NCBI GenBank assembly: GCA_040285855.1
Contig: JAUFOQ010000003.1
Span: 868,001 to 932,000, forward strand
Origin: Eukaryota sp. GEM-RC1
Taxonomy: Eukaryota
Reading direction: 5' to 3'
DNA length: 64,000 bases
Below, piece after piece: positions 1 to 11,325 of this stretch. The notes under the pieces were generated by a model, which saw only the letters and a list, made by a program, of their open reading frames with translations, was not told the DNA's origin and ran no database searches. Each line of letters begins with the position of its first letter. The first letter of the stretch is position 1. The position numbers were made by a program, and so were the translations under genes.

Positions 1-566
1 TCTACAAGAAGGCTGTTTCAGAACCAACTTTCATAGATCTGTATTGTCGTTTGTGCAAGGCATTGACACACAGATTTGACACAATAGCTCACGAAATCAT
101 CAACCAATGCCGGCTACACTTTGAAAGCTTCTTTGTTCATGATGCTTCTCTCTCAGACCAAGTAGGTCAGAATCTGCAACGACTGAAGAAGACTCTTGCC
201 ACTAACAACCACACCCCTAGTGATTCTCAATTGAAGGCAGAACAGTTCTTTTCTGAAGAGAAGTTGAAGTCTCAGCTTCAGACCAACATGCAGTTGGCAG
301 CTTCGCTACTTCTTCACGGAGTTATCTCTGTAAAGGTGGCAAACTTCATTACTGATGTGCTGATACGAAACTATCAGAAGCGCTTCGCTGTTGAAGCTCT
401 GATAACGTTCTGGTCCAAAATCTTGGACCGCGCTCCAGTTAATGGATATATTGAATCGTTGGCAGTTCAAATATCTCGCTTCTCAAAAGACAAAAATATT
501 GTAGTGAGAGAACGTATGTTGTGTCTGAATTGGCTGGATCTCTTTTCTGCTAGAAAGGACATGTAG
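1..566 (+). CDS. MIF4G-domain eIF4G-like protein, 5' end outside the window
   Basis: Same sequence as the 3' half of the downstream units (YKKAVSEPTFIDLYCRLC...LFSARKDM*). Confidence 0.75.
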   Translation, partial: YKKAVSEPTFIDLYCRLCKALTHRFDTIAHEIINQCRLHFESFFVHDASLSDQVGQNLQRLKKTLATNNHTPSDSQLKAEQFFSEEKLKSQLQTNMQLAASLLLHGVISVKVANFITDVLIRNYQKRFAVEALITFWSKILDRAPVNGYIESLAVQISRFSKDKNIVVRERMLCLNWLDLFSARKDM

Positions 567-1149
567 ATTTAGTTCTTGTTCATTTTTAGTGCACTTGTAA
601 TATATTCTCCTTCTTTTAAATGTTCCTGATCAAAAAACAGTCTCGGCGCTTTACATTGATCAGGATTTGGCGTTATCTTCTGCCCAGTTGGGGATATTGA
701 TATTATAACTTGACATTATTAACATGAGGTGTTGTACTACGTGCTTGCTACTACTACGAAAACCATGAAAACAGTTCTAGATTCTCTGCTGGTGGATTTT
801 AGTGTTCAGTATTTGTCATCATTTCTATGAAAATGGTTGCTTTTGAGTTTACACTTGTTTCATAAACCACATTGCTACGTGATATACGTAAAAAATCATA
901 TACATTTACAACAACAGTTTGTCTGACATTCGATGCAAGTGACGATGCAAAAGAGATCTTGATTGGGACTACGTCTAAATCAAGACGGTTGGATGAATTT
1001 GACTTGGAAAACCAATGGGAGTGAGGGACAATCAATCACGTATCAAAGTTCACGTCATTTAATAAAGGGATATGATGAAAATGTAAAATTTGTCTCTGAA
1101 AGTCCTGGGAAGTGGCAAGAATTTCAAAATTTTAGGAATTCTTATGATC

Positions 1150-2262
1150 ATGAATTCAAACCTCTTTTCTTGCTTGAACGAAAACCGCCCTGTTCCAAAG
1201 AACTTACCCTCTCCCATTGTAACGATTCCTTGTGTTGCAGATACTAAGATCACCCGAGACTAAACCATTGACCAAGCGACCTCCGTTAACCCCAGAAGTG
1301 ATTCTGTCACTGAAACGAAGAACCAAACCACTTCCAAGAAGGACCGTACTAAACATTACAGCGATTCTTAGGACTCACACCAAGGCAGTCAAAACAAAGA
1401 AGCAGAAACACAATACTCAAAAATTGGACTCTTGGAACTTTCGAGATCCAACTGTTTCTCTTTTCAAAAGAGCAATCCCAATGCCTACAACATTACTGAA
1501 GAACGACAAAAGGTGGCACGTGATGCTCTTTAAGCTACTACCAAGGAGATCAAAGGACTCCTGAATAAGTTGTCTGATGCTAATCATGAGTCTATTCTAA
1601 ACCAGTTGTACTTACTGCTATCAGGACACGACCCAATCTCAAGAAACCTTTCTCCACAGCAACTGGCTCAAACTAGAACAGTATTTGCCGAGCTTCTCTA
1701 CAAGAAGGCTGTTTCAGAACCAACTTTCATAGATCTGTATTGTCGTTTGTGCAAGGCATTGACACACAGATTTGACACAATAGCTCACGAAATCATCAAC
1801 CAATGCCGGCTACACTTTGAAAGCTTCTTTGTTCATGATGCTTCTCTCTCAGACCAAGTAGGTCAGAATCTGCAACGACTGAAGAAGACTCTTGCCACTA
1901 ACAACCACACCCCTAGTGATTCTCAATTGAAGGCAGAACAGTTCTTTTCTGAAGAGAAGTTGAAGTCTCAGCTTCAGACCAACATGCAGTTGGCAGCTTC
2001 GCTACTTCTTCACGGAGTTATCTCTGTAAAGGTGGCAAACTTCATTACTGATGTGCTGATACGAAACTATCAGAAGCGCTTCGCTGTTGAAGCTCTGATA
2101 ACGTTCTGGTCCAAAATCTTGGACCGCGCTCCAGTTAATGGATATATTGAATCGTTGGCAGTTCAAATATCTCGCTTCTCAAAAGACAAAAATATTGTAG
2201 TGAGAGAACGTATGTTGTGTCTGAATTGGCTGGATCTCTTTTCTGCTAGAAAGGACATGTAG
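1150..2262 (+). pseudogene. eIF4G-like copy, disabled
   Basis: 8-bp deletion (GATACTAAGATC vs GATACTAGTAGCCAAAGATC, ~1245) and a TTA>TAA nonsense change at ~1531. Confidence 0.75.
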
Positions 2263-2844
2263 ATTTAGTTCTTGTTCATTTTTAGTGCACTTGTAATATA
2301 TTCTCCTTCTTTTAAATGTTCCTGATCAAACAACAGTCTCGGCGCTTTACATTGATCAGGATTTGGCGTTATCTTCTGCCCAGTTGGGGATATTGCTATT
2401 ATAACTTGACATTATTAACATGAGGTGTTGTACTACGTGCTTGCTACTACTACGAAAACCATGAAAACAGTTCTAGATTCTCTGCTGGTGGATTTTAGTG
2501 TTCAGTATTTGTCATCATTTCTATGAAAATGGTTGCCTTTGAGTTTACACTTGTTTCATAAACCACATTGCTACGTGATATACGTAAAAAATCATATACA
2601 TTTACAACAACAGTTTGTCTGACATTCGATGCAAGTGACGATGCAAAGAGATCTTGATTGGGACTACGTCTAAATCAAGACGGTTGGATGAATTTGACTT
2701 GGAAAACCAATGGGAGTGAGGGACAATCAATCACGTATCAAAGTTCACGTCATTTAATAAAGGGATATGATGAAAATGTAAAATTTGTCTCTGAAAGTCC
2801 TGGGAAGTGGCAAGAATTTCAAAATTTTAGGAATTCTTATGATC

Positions 2845-3965
2845 ATGAATTCAAACCTCTTTTCTTGCTTGAACGAAAACCGCCCTGTTCCAAAGAACTT
2901 ACCCTCTCCCATTGTAACGATTCCTTGTGTTGCAGATACTAGTAGCCAAAGATCACCCGAGACTAAACCATTGACCAAGCGACCTCCGTTAACCCCAGAA
3001 GTGATTCTGTCACTGAAACGAAGAACCAAACCACTTCCAAGAAGGACCGTACTAAACATTACAGCGATTCTTAGGACTCACACCAAGGCAGTCAAAACAA
3101 AGAAGCAGAAACACAATACTCAAAAATTGGACTCTTGGAACTTTCGAGATCCAGCTGTTTCTCTTTTCAAAAGAGCAATCCCAATGCCTACAACATTACT
3201 GAAGAACGACAAAAGGTGGCACGTGATGCTCTTTTAGCTGCAAAAAAGGAGATCAAAGGACAATTGAACAAGTTGTCTGATGCTAATCATGAGTCTATTC
3301 TAAACCAGTTGTACTTACTGCTATCAGGACACGACCCAATCTCAAGAAACCTTTCTCCACAGCAACTGGCTCAAACTAGAACAGTATTTGCCGAGCTTCT
3401 CTACAAGAAGGCTGTTTCAGAACCAACTTTCATAGATCTGTATTGTCGTTTGTGCAAGGCATTGACACACAGATTTGACACAATAGCTCACGAAATCATC
3501 AACCAATGCCGGCTACACTTTGAAAGCTTCTTTGTTCATGATGCTTCTCTCTCAGACCAAGTAGGTCAGAATCTGCAACGACTGAAGAAGACTCTTGCCA
3601 CTAACAACCACACCCCTAGTGATTCTCAATTGAAGGCAGAACAGTTCTTTTCTGAAGAGAAGTTGAAGTCTCAGCTTCAGACCAACATGCAGTTGGCAGC
3701 TTCGCTACTTCTTCACGGAGTTATCTCTGTAAAGGTGGCAAACTTCATTACTGATGTGCTGATACGAAACTATCAGAAGCGCTTCGCTGTTGAAGCTCTG
3801 ATAACGTTCTGGTCCAAAATCTTGGACCGCGCTCCAGTTAATGGATATATTGAATCGTTGGCAGTTCAAATATCTCGCTTCTCAAAAGACAAAAATATTG
3901 TAGTGAGAGAACGTATGTTGTGTCTGAATTGGCTGGATCTCTTTTCTGCTAGAAAGGACATGTAG
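2845..3965 (+). CDS. eIF4G-like MIF4G protein (~373 aa after one -1 frame correction at ~3164-3167)
   Basis: The MNSNLF...LTPEVILSLKR frame joins the KKEIKGQLNKLSDANHESIL...LLYKKAVSEPTFIDLYCRLC...IINQCRLHFE...RERMLCLNWLDL frame. The latter matches the MIF4G pattern of eIF4G (ILNKLT, FEKA.EP.F..YA.LC, LLNRCQ.EFE, RIRFML.D..DL). Confidence 0.75.
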
Positions 3966-4546
3966 ATTTAGTTCTTGTTCATTTTTAGTGCACTTGTAAT
4001 ATATTCTCCTTCTTTTAAATGTTCCTGATCAAAAACAGTCTCGGCGCTTTACATTGATCAGGATTTGGCGTTATCTTCTGCCCAGTTGGGGATATTGCTA
4101 TTATAACTTGACATTATTAACATGAGGTGTTGTACTACGTGCTTGCTACTACTACGAAAACCATGAAAACAGTTCTAGATTCTCTGCTGGTGGATTTTAG
4201 TGTTCAGTATTTGTCATCATTTCTATGAAAATGGTTGCTTTTGAGTTTACACTTGTTTCATAAACCACATTGCTACGTGATATACGTAAAAAATCATATA
4301 CATTTACAACAACAGTTTGTCTGACATTCGATGCAAGTGACGATGCAAAGAGATCTTGATTGGGACTACGTCTAAATCAAGACGGTTGGATGAATTTGAC
4401 TTGGAAAACCAATGGGAGTGAGGGACAATCAATCACGTATCAAAGTTCACGTCATTTAATAAAGGGATATGATGAAAATGTAAAATTTGTCTCTGAAAGT
4501 CCTGGGAAGTGGCAAGAATTTCAAAATTTTAGGAATTCTTATGATC

Positions 4547-5659
4547 ATGAATTCAAACCTCTTTTCTTGCTTGAACGAAAACCGCCCTGTTCCAAAGAAC
4601 TTACCCTCTCCCATTGTAACGATTCCTTGTGTTGCAGATACTAAGATCACCCGAGACTAAACCATTGACCAAGCGACCTCCGTTAACCCCAGAAGTGATT
4701 CTGTCACTGAAACGAAGAACCAAACCACTTCCAAGAAGGACCGTACTAAACATTACAGCGATTCTTAGGACTCACACCAAGGCAGTCAAAACAAAGAAGC
4801 AGAAACACAATACTCAAAAATTGGACTCTTGGAACTTTCGAGATCCAGCTGTTTCTCTTTTCAAAAGAGCAATCCCAATGCCTACAACATTACTGAAGAA
4901 CGACAAAAGGTGGCACGTGATGCTCTTTTAGCTACTACCAAGGAGATCAAAGGACTCCTGAATAAGTTGTCTGATGCTAATCATGAGTCTATTCTAAACC
5001 AGTTGTACTTACTGCTATCAGGACACGACCCAATCTCAAGAAACCTTTCTCCACAGCAACTGGCTCAAACTAGAACAGTATTTGCCGAGCTTCTCTACAA
5101 GAAGGCTGTTTCAGAACCAACTTTCATAGATCTGTATTGTCGTTTGTGCAAGGCATTGACACACAGATTTGACACAATAGCTCACGAAATCATCAACCAA
5201 TGCCGGCTACACTTTGAAAGCTTCTTTGTTCATGATGCTTCTCTCTCAGACCAAGTAGGTCAGAATCTGCAACGACTGAAGAAGACTCTTGCCACTAACA
5301 ACCACACCCCTAGTGATTCTCAATTGAAGGCAGAACAGTTCTTTTCTGAAGAGAAGTTGAAGTCTCAGCTTCAGACCAACATGCAGTTGGCAGCTTCGCT
5401 ACTTCTTCACGGAGTTATCTCTGTAAAGGTGGCAAACTTCATTACTGATGTGCTGATACGAAACTATCAGAAGCGCTTCGCTGTTGAAGCTCTGATAACG
5501 TTCTGGTCCAAAATCTTGGACCGCGCTCCAGTTAATGGATATATTGAATCGTTGGCAGTTCAAATATCTCGCTTCTCAAAAGACAAAAATATTGTAGTGA
5601 GAGAACGTATGTTGTGTCTGAATTGGCTGGATCTCTTTTCTGCTAGAAAGGACATGTAG
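4547..5659 (+). pseudogene. eIF4G-like copy with the 8-bp N-terminal deletion
   Basis: GATACTAAGATC at ~4640 shifts the frame from the ATG into an early TAA. The MIF4G frame itself is intact. Confidence 0.65.
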
Positions 5660-7209
5660 ATCTAGTTCTTGTTCATTTTTAGTGCACTTGTAATATATTC
5701 TCCTTCTTTTAAATGTTCCTGATCAAACAACAGTCTCGGCGCTTTACATTGATCAGGATTTGGCGTTATCTTCTGCCCAGTTGGGGATATTGCTATTATA
5801 ACTTGACATTATTAACATGAGGTGTTGTACTACGTGCTTGCTACTACTACGAAAACCATGAAAACAGTTCTAGATTCTCTGCTGGTGGATTTTAGTGTTC
5901 AGTATTTGTCATCATTTCTATGAAAATGGTTGCCTTTGAGTTTACACTTGTTTCATAAACCACATTGCTACGTGATATACGTAAAAAATCATTTACATTT
6001 ACAACAACAGTTTGTCTGACATTCGATGCAAGTGACGATGCAAAAGAGATCTTGATTGGGACTACGTCTAAATCAAGACGGTTGGATGAATTTGACTTGG
6101 AAAACCAATGGGAGTGAGGGACAATCAATCACGTATCAAAGTTCACGTCATTTAATAACGGGATATGATGAAAATGTAAAATTTGTCTCTGAAAGTCCTG
6201 GGAAGTGGCAAGAATTTCAAAATTTTAGGAATTCTTATGATCATGAATTCAAACCTCTTTTCTTGCTTGAACGAAAACCGCCCTGTTCCAAAGAACTTAC
6301 CCTCTCCCATTGTAACGATTCCTTGTGTTGCAGATACTAGTAGCCAAAGATCACCTAAGACTAAACCATTGACCAAGCGACCTCCGTTAATCCCAGAAGT
6401 GATTCTGTCACTGAAACGAAGAACCAAACCACTTCCAAGAAGGACCGTACTAAACATTACAGCGATTCTTCAGACTCACACCAAGGCAGTCAAAACAAAG
6501 AAGCAGAAACACAATACTCAAAAATTGGACTCTTGGAACTTTCGAGATCCAGCTGTTTCTCTTTTCAAAAGAGCAATCCCAATGCCTACAACATTACTGA
6601 AGAACGACAAAAGGTGGCACGTGATGCTCTTTTAGCTACTACCAAGGAGATCAAAGGACTCCTGAATAAGTTGTCTGATGCTAATCATGAGTCTATTCTA
6701 AACCAGTTGTACTTACTGCTATCAGGACACGACCCAATCTCAAGAAACCTTTCTCCACAGCAACTGGCTCAAACTAGAACAGTATTTGCCGAGCTTCTCT
6801 ACAAGAAGGCTGTTTCAGAACCAACTTTCATAGATCTGTATTGTCGTTTGTGCAAGGCATTGACACACAGATTTGACACAATAGCTCACGAAATCATCAA
6901 CCAATGCCGGCTACACTTTGAAAGCTTCTTTGTTCATGATGCTTCTCTCTCAGACCAAGTAGGTCAGAATCTGCAACGACTGAAGAAGACTCTTGCCACT
7001 AACAACCACACCCCTAGTGATTCTCAATTGAAGGCAGAACAGTTCTTTTCTGAAGAGAAGTTGAAGTCTCAGCTTCAGACCAACATGCAGTTGGCAGCTT
7101 CGCTACTTCTTCACGGAGTTATCTCTGTAAAGGTGGCAAACTTCATTACTGCTGTGCTGATACGAAACTATCAGAAGCGCTTCGCTGTTGAAGCTCTGAT
7201 AACGTTCTG

Positions 7210-7275
7210 TGTTGTCTGTAGACATGGGAGAAGGTAAAGTAAATTTATTTTAAGGGTACTGTACCAGTACTAACA
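7210..7275 (-). repeat. 3' LTR (66 bp)
   Basis: TGTTGTCTGTAGACATGG...CCAGTACTAACA, identical to 9413-9478 and 19689-19754. Confidence 0.95.
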
Positions 7276-7294
7276 CTACTTTTTCCCCTTTCTC
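7276..7294 (-). promoter_or_regulatory. Polypurine tract (plus-strand primer site)
   Basis: Minus strand GAGAAAGGGGAAAAAGTAG directly abuts the 3' LTR and overlaps the integrase stop codon. Confidence 0.8.
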
Positions 7295-8256
7295 GAGGAC
7301 CTGGTCCTCTTGGCAGGTGGAGAGGCACGGCTGGTACTACCCTGAACACTTCGTTTCTTTCTAGTAGACGGCTTATATGAGGGATTAGATTTAATAAACT
7401 CAGAATAGGCTTTCGTATTCTTTATTTGATCCAAAGGTACCTCGGTGGTGTCACCATCGAACCAGACGACTGAACAAACAGGTCCGGAGGGTGAGTCGGA
7501 TTGGGATAGCACCTTAATCACGATCATTTCCTCAGAGTCACAGGATGCGACTGCTTTGTGGAACTCATCAGACGAGGGTTTGTCAGTGAGGTATTTCTTA
7601 CATTGGTGAACACTAGATTTGAACTGATGTCCAGTGATAATGTTCTGTAAGGTAAGAGAGCTTGCGGTGGGCGTGTCGATGACCAGGAATGGACCTTCGA
7701 GTTTGCCATGAAGCTTCTTAGTTTTGGAGTTAGTCTTGAGGACTAAGTCTCCACTCGAGTACAGGGACGACGAGGTTGGTTCGGCAGTTACCACAGGTTG
7801 AGTGGAAGATTGGTTGATCTCTGCCTCTTCCCGGTTTTTCAAAATTCTTTGAATTTTAGATTGATAATCTGCCAGGAAGGAATCCTCTGATTGGCTTTCC
7901 TGCGAGAGACAAGCTAGGATCTTGCTAGGGTCGCTACCAGGGCTGGTGGCTGATCCAAACATGAGCTGGTATGGGGTGAAACCTGTCACTCTACTCTTAG
8001 TTGTGTTAACTAATAGTTGTACAATTGGAATGTACTTGGACCAGTTGTCGTAATCATTGAAATCGATAAGCATCTTTCTTAATGACTGCAGGATGTCTCT
8101 GTGGCGACGTTCCACTAATCCGTTGCTTTGCGAAAAACTGGGGATGGATTTCTCCGTATCGATATCGAAAGCCTGACACACGCCATTAAAGACATGGTTG
8201 GCAAACTCCTTGCCATTATCGCTATGAATCAGATGGGGTATACCAAAGATGGCATA
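7276..8256 (-). CDS. Retroviral-type integrase, C-terminal half, with GPF motif and chromo-like domain (N-terminus deleted)
   Basis: YAIFGIPHLIHSDNGKEF...QSNGLVERRH holds the second D and the E of the DDE triad. Also TGFTPYQLMFG and KLHGKLEGPFLV. C-terminal IKVLSQ...VVWFDGDTTEVPLDQIKNTKAYSEF resembles a chromodomain. Confidence 0.85.
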   Translation of the reverse strand, partial: YAIFGIPHLIHSDNGKEFANHVFNGVCQAFDIDTEKSIPSFSQSNGLVERRHRDILQSLRKMLIDFNDYDNWSKYIPIVQLLVNTTKSRVTGFTPYQLMFGSATSPGSDPSKILACLSQESQSEDSFLADYQSKIQRILKNREEAEINQSSTQPVVTAEPTSSSLYSSGDLVLKTNSKTKKLHGKLEGPFLVIDTPTASSLTLQNIITGHQFKSSVHQCKKYLTDKPSSDEFHKAVASCDSEEMIVIKVLSQSDSPSGPVCSVVWFDGDTTEVPLDQIKNTKAYSEFIKSNPSYKPSTRKKRSVQGSTSRASPPAKRTRSSRKGKK

Positions 8257-9428
8257 TCTTCGTCGTTAAATTGTCTCCTTATCAGTCTTATGGCTGCCTG
8301 AGCTGGTCTAGGATAGCGGTTTCTTAGGTAGTCCGTTCTATCTTTGACTCCATGAAGAAAATCATGTACCATTTGGCGATCTGATGGGAACATACGATGT
8401 TCTACTCGTTTTAGTTCCTCTTCTGTTAACCCTTGTTGAAAAGGTCCAGGAGGGGCCTGGAATAACTCTGATGAACCCGTCTTAGTGGACCTGACAGGAT
8501 AAAACCCTTGTACGGGAATAATGGGATGGGGTTGGAACCCTCTCGTATCTGTGACAGGCCTTGACGGCGGAGGTTGAGACGGGTTAGATGGGCCTTTAGC
8601 AGGCGTCTGACCAGACTCTTCATCATCAGATTCGTCGTATTCACATAGATCTTCTAAGTCAGGGTCCGCGGTGGGAGTGACGTGAGATGCTATGGGTGTT
8701 TCACCAACATGAGGAACGGTGTCCTGGGCACGTGGAGTCGACGAGGCATCAACTATGGGAAGTGATGAGGGAACGGGACCCTTCTGAGATTTTTTAATAG
8801 GAGCACTTTTGGAAATGGCTTTAGGCAAAGGCTTGGATGGATGGAGACCTAGGTCTCGTTCCGAGGCAAACTTAAACCCTCCTAATTGCGACGTGGGAGT
8901 TGCAGATGAGGAGAAAGATGTAGGAAAAGGCTTGTTCGGAGTTGGGGCTCCGCTAAACATAGCTCTAATCCTCTCGAAGGGGGGACTCGTTGGAGGAGGA
9001 GTGACATCCTGGTTATTAATCTGGAGAGCGGAATCTTCCAGAGAGGTGGAGCTCTGAAGGGCAGGACCTTCGCGAGGGCTATCCTCTTGAATGGTTATCA
9101 CTTCCTCTTGAGGTTGGGAAGGAAGGGCGGAACCTTCAACCACAGGAATCCTTTGAAGGACGGAACCTTCTGAGGGAGTTTGCTGGGTTTGAGGAGTAGG
9201 GACGGAACCTGCAACCTCGGAAGTTACTGGAAGGGCGGAACCTTCAACAGAGGAGGGACTTTGAAGGGCGGAACCTTCTAAAAGGGATGTAGTTGTTCCT
9301 TGGAGGGCGGGACCATCCGAGAAGAAACGACTCATTGTGGGGTCCTGGGACCTTGGTGAGTGCGGGGGCACTCTGTCACAAGGCGCAGCGCCACATGGGA
9401 AACAATAATTATTGTTGTCTGTAGACAT
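8229..9428 (-). CDS. Gag-like ORF1 (Pro/Ser-rich, EGSAL repeats), truncated by the internal deletion
   Basis: 399-aa ORF whose ATG lies inside the 5' LTR. It runs out of frame into integrase sequence at ~8256. Gag identity is inferred from position only. Confidence 0.6.
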   Translation of the reverse strand: MSTDNNNYCFPCGAAPCDRVPPHSPRSQDPTMSRFFSDGPALQGTTTSLLEGSALQSPSSVEGSALPVTSEVAGSVPTPQTQQTPSEGSVLQRIPVVEGSALPSQPQEEVITIQEDSPREGPALQSSTSLEDSALQINNQDVTPPPTSPPFERIRAMFSGAPTPNKPFPTSFSSSATPTSQLGGFKFASERDLGLHPSKPLPKAISKSAPIKKSQKGPVPSSLPIVDASSTPRAQDTVPHVGETPIASHVTPTADPDLEDLCEYDESDDEESGQTPAKGPSNPSQPPPSRPVTDTRGFQPHPIIPVQGFYPVRSTKTGSSELFQAPPGPFQQGLTEEELKRVEHRMFPSDRQMVHDFLHGVKDRTDYLRNRYPRPAQAAIRLIRRQFNDEDMPSLVYPI

Positions 9429-9478
9429 GGGAGAAGGTAAAGTAAATTTATTTTAAGGGTACTGTACCAGTACTAACA
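9413..9478 (-). repeat. 5' LTR (66 bp)
   Basis: Identical to 7210-7275 and followed by TSD TCTG. Confidence 0.95.
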
Positions 9479-10212
9479 TCTGGTCCAAAATCTTGGACCG
9501 CGCTCCAGTTAATGGATATATTGAATCGTTGGCAGTTCAAATATCTCGCTTCTCATAAGACAAAAACATTGCAGTGAGAGAACGTATGTTGTGTCTGAAT
9601 TGGCTGGATCTCTTTTCTGCTAGAAAGGACATGTAGATTTAGTTCTTGTTCATTTTTAGTGCACTTGTAATATATTCTCCTTCTTTTAAATGTTCCTGAT
9701 CAAAAAACAGTCTCGGCGCTTTACATTGATTTGGCGTTATCTTCTGCCCAGTTGGGGATATTGCTATTATAACTTGACATTATTAACATGAGGTGTTGTA
9801 CTACGTGCTTGCTACTACTACGAAAACCATGAAAACAGTTCTAGATTCTCTGCTGGTGGATTTTAGTGTTCAGTATTTGTCATCATTTCTATGAAAATGG
9901 TTGCTTTTGAGTTTACACTTGTTTCATAAACCACATTGCTACGTGATATACGTAAAAAATCATATACATTTACAACAACAGTTTGTCTGACATTCGATGC
10001 AAGTGACGATGCAAAGAGATCTTGATTGGGACTACGTCTAAATCAAGACGGTTGGATGAATTTGACTTGGAAAACCAATGGGAGTGAGGGACAATCAATC
10101 ACGTATCAAAGTTCACGTCATTTAATAAAGGGATATGATGAAAATGTAAAATTTGTCTCTGAAAGTCCTGGGAAGTGGCAAGAATTTCAAAATTTTAGGA
10201 ATTCTTATGATC

Positions 10213-11325
10213 ATGAATTCAAACCTCTTTTCTTGCTTGAACGAAAACCGCCCTGTTCCAAAGAACTTACCCTCTCCCATTGTAACGATTCCTTGTGTTG
10301 CAGATACTAAGATCACCCGAGACTAAACCATTGACCAAGCGACCTCCGTTAACCCCAGAAGTGATTCTGTCACTGAAACGAAGAACCAAACCACTTCCAA
10401 GAAGGACCGTACTAAACATTACAGCGATTCTTAGGACTCACACCAAGGCAGTCAAAACAAAGAAGCAGAAACACAATACTCAAAAATTGGACTCTTGGAA
10501 CTTTCGAGATCCAGCTGTTTCTCTTTTCAAAAGAGCAATCCCAATGCCTACAACATTACTGAAGAACGACAAAAGGTGGCACGTGATGCTCTTTTAGCTA
10601 CTACCAAGGAGATCAAAGGACTCCTGAATAAGTTGTCTGATGCTAATCATGAGTCTATTCTAAACCAGTTGTACTTACTGCTATCAGGACACGACCCAAT
10701 CTCAAGAAACCTTTCTCCACAGCAACTGGCTCAAACTAGAACAGTATTTGCCGAGCTTCTCTACAAGAAGGCTGTTTCAGAACCAACTTTCATAGATCTG
10801 TATTGTCGTTTGTGCAAGGCATTGACACACAGATTTGACACAATAGCTCACGAAATCATCAACCAATGCCGGCTACTCTTTGAAAGCTTCTTTGTTCATG
10901 ATGCTTCTCTCTCAGACCAAGTAGGTCAGAATCTGCAACGACTGAAGAAGACTCTTGCCACTAACAACCACACCCCTAGTGATTCTCAATTGAAGGCAGA
11001 ACAGTTCTTTTCTGAAGAGAAGTTGAAGTCTCAGCTTCAGACCAACATGCAGTTGGCAGCTTCGCTACTTCTTCACGGAGTTATCTCTGTAAAGGTGGCA
11101 AACTTCATTACTGATGTGCTGATACGAAACTATCAGAAGCGCTTCGCTGTTGAAGCTCTGATAACGTTCTGGTCCAAAATCTTGGACCGCGCTCCAGTTA
11201 ATGGATATATTGAATCGTTGGCAGTTCAAATATCTCGCTTCTCAAAAGACAAAAATATTGTAGTGAGAGAACGTATGTTGTGTCTGAATTGGCTGGATCT
11301 CTTTTCTGCTAGAAAGGACATGTAG
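10213..11325 (+). pseudogene. eIF4G-like copy with the 8-bp N-terminal deletion
   Basis: GATACTAAGATC at ~10305, plus one private H>L change. Confidence 0.65.

Larger units (their letters stand above)
7210..9478 (-). mobile_element. Non-autonomous (internally deleted) Ty3/Gypsy-type LTR retrotransposon, 2269 bp
   Basis: Identical 66-bp direct repeats TGTT...AACA at 7210-7275 and 9413-9478. 4-bp TSD TCTG at 7206-7209 and 9479-9482. Polypurine tract next to the 3' LTR. Gag-like ORF and integrase C-half present; no protease, RT or RNase H. Confidence 0.93.
6243..9636 (+). pseudogene. eIF4G-like copy interrupted by the LTR element
   Basis: Coding sequence is split at ...ALITF|WSKIL by 7210-9478. 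The downstream half has AAA>TAA at ~9556 and other private changes. Confidence 0.9.

Noticed and set aside
799..1253. Recurrent 64-101 aa ORFs on both strands in each array unit
   Set aside because: They have non-ATG starts or are shadows of the eIF4G-like frame, and some vary with one-base differences between units. They recur only because the unit is repeated.
9020..9320. CRISPR-like repeat-spacer pattern
   Set aside because: Repeats are ~16 bp, degenerate, irregularly spaced and in frame within a retroelement ORF. The context is eukaryotic and there are no cas genes.
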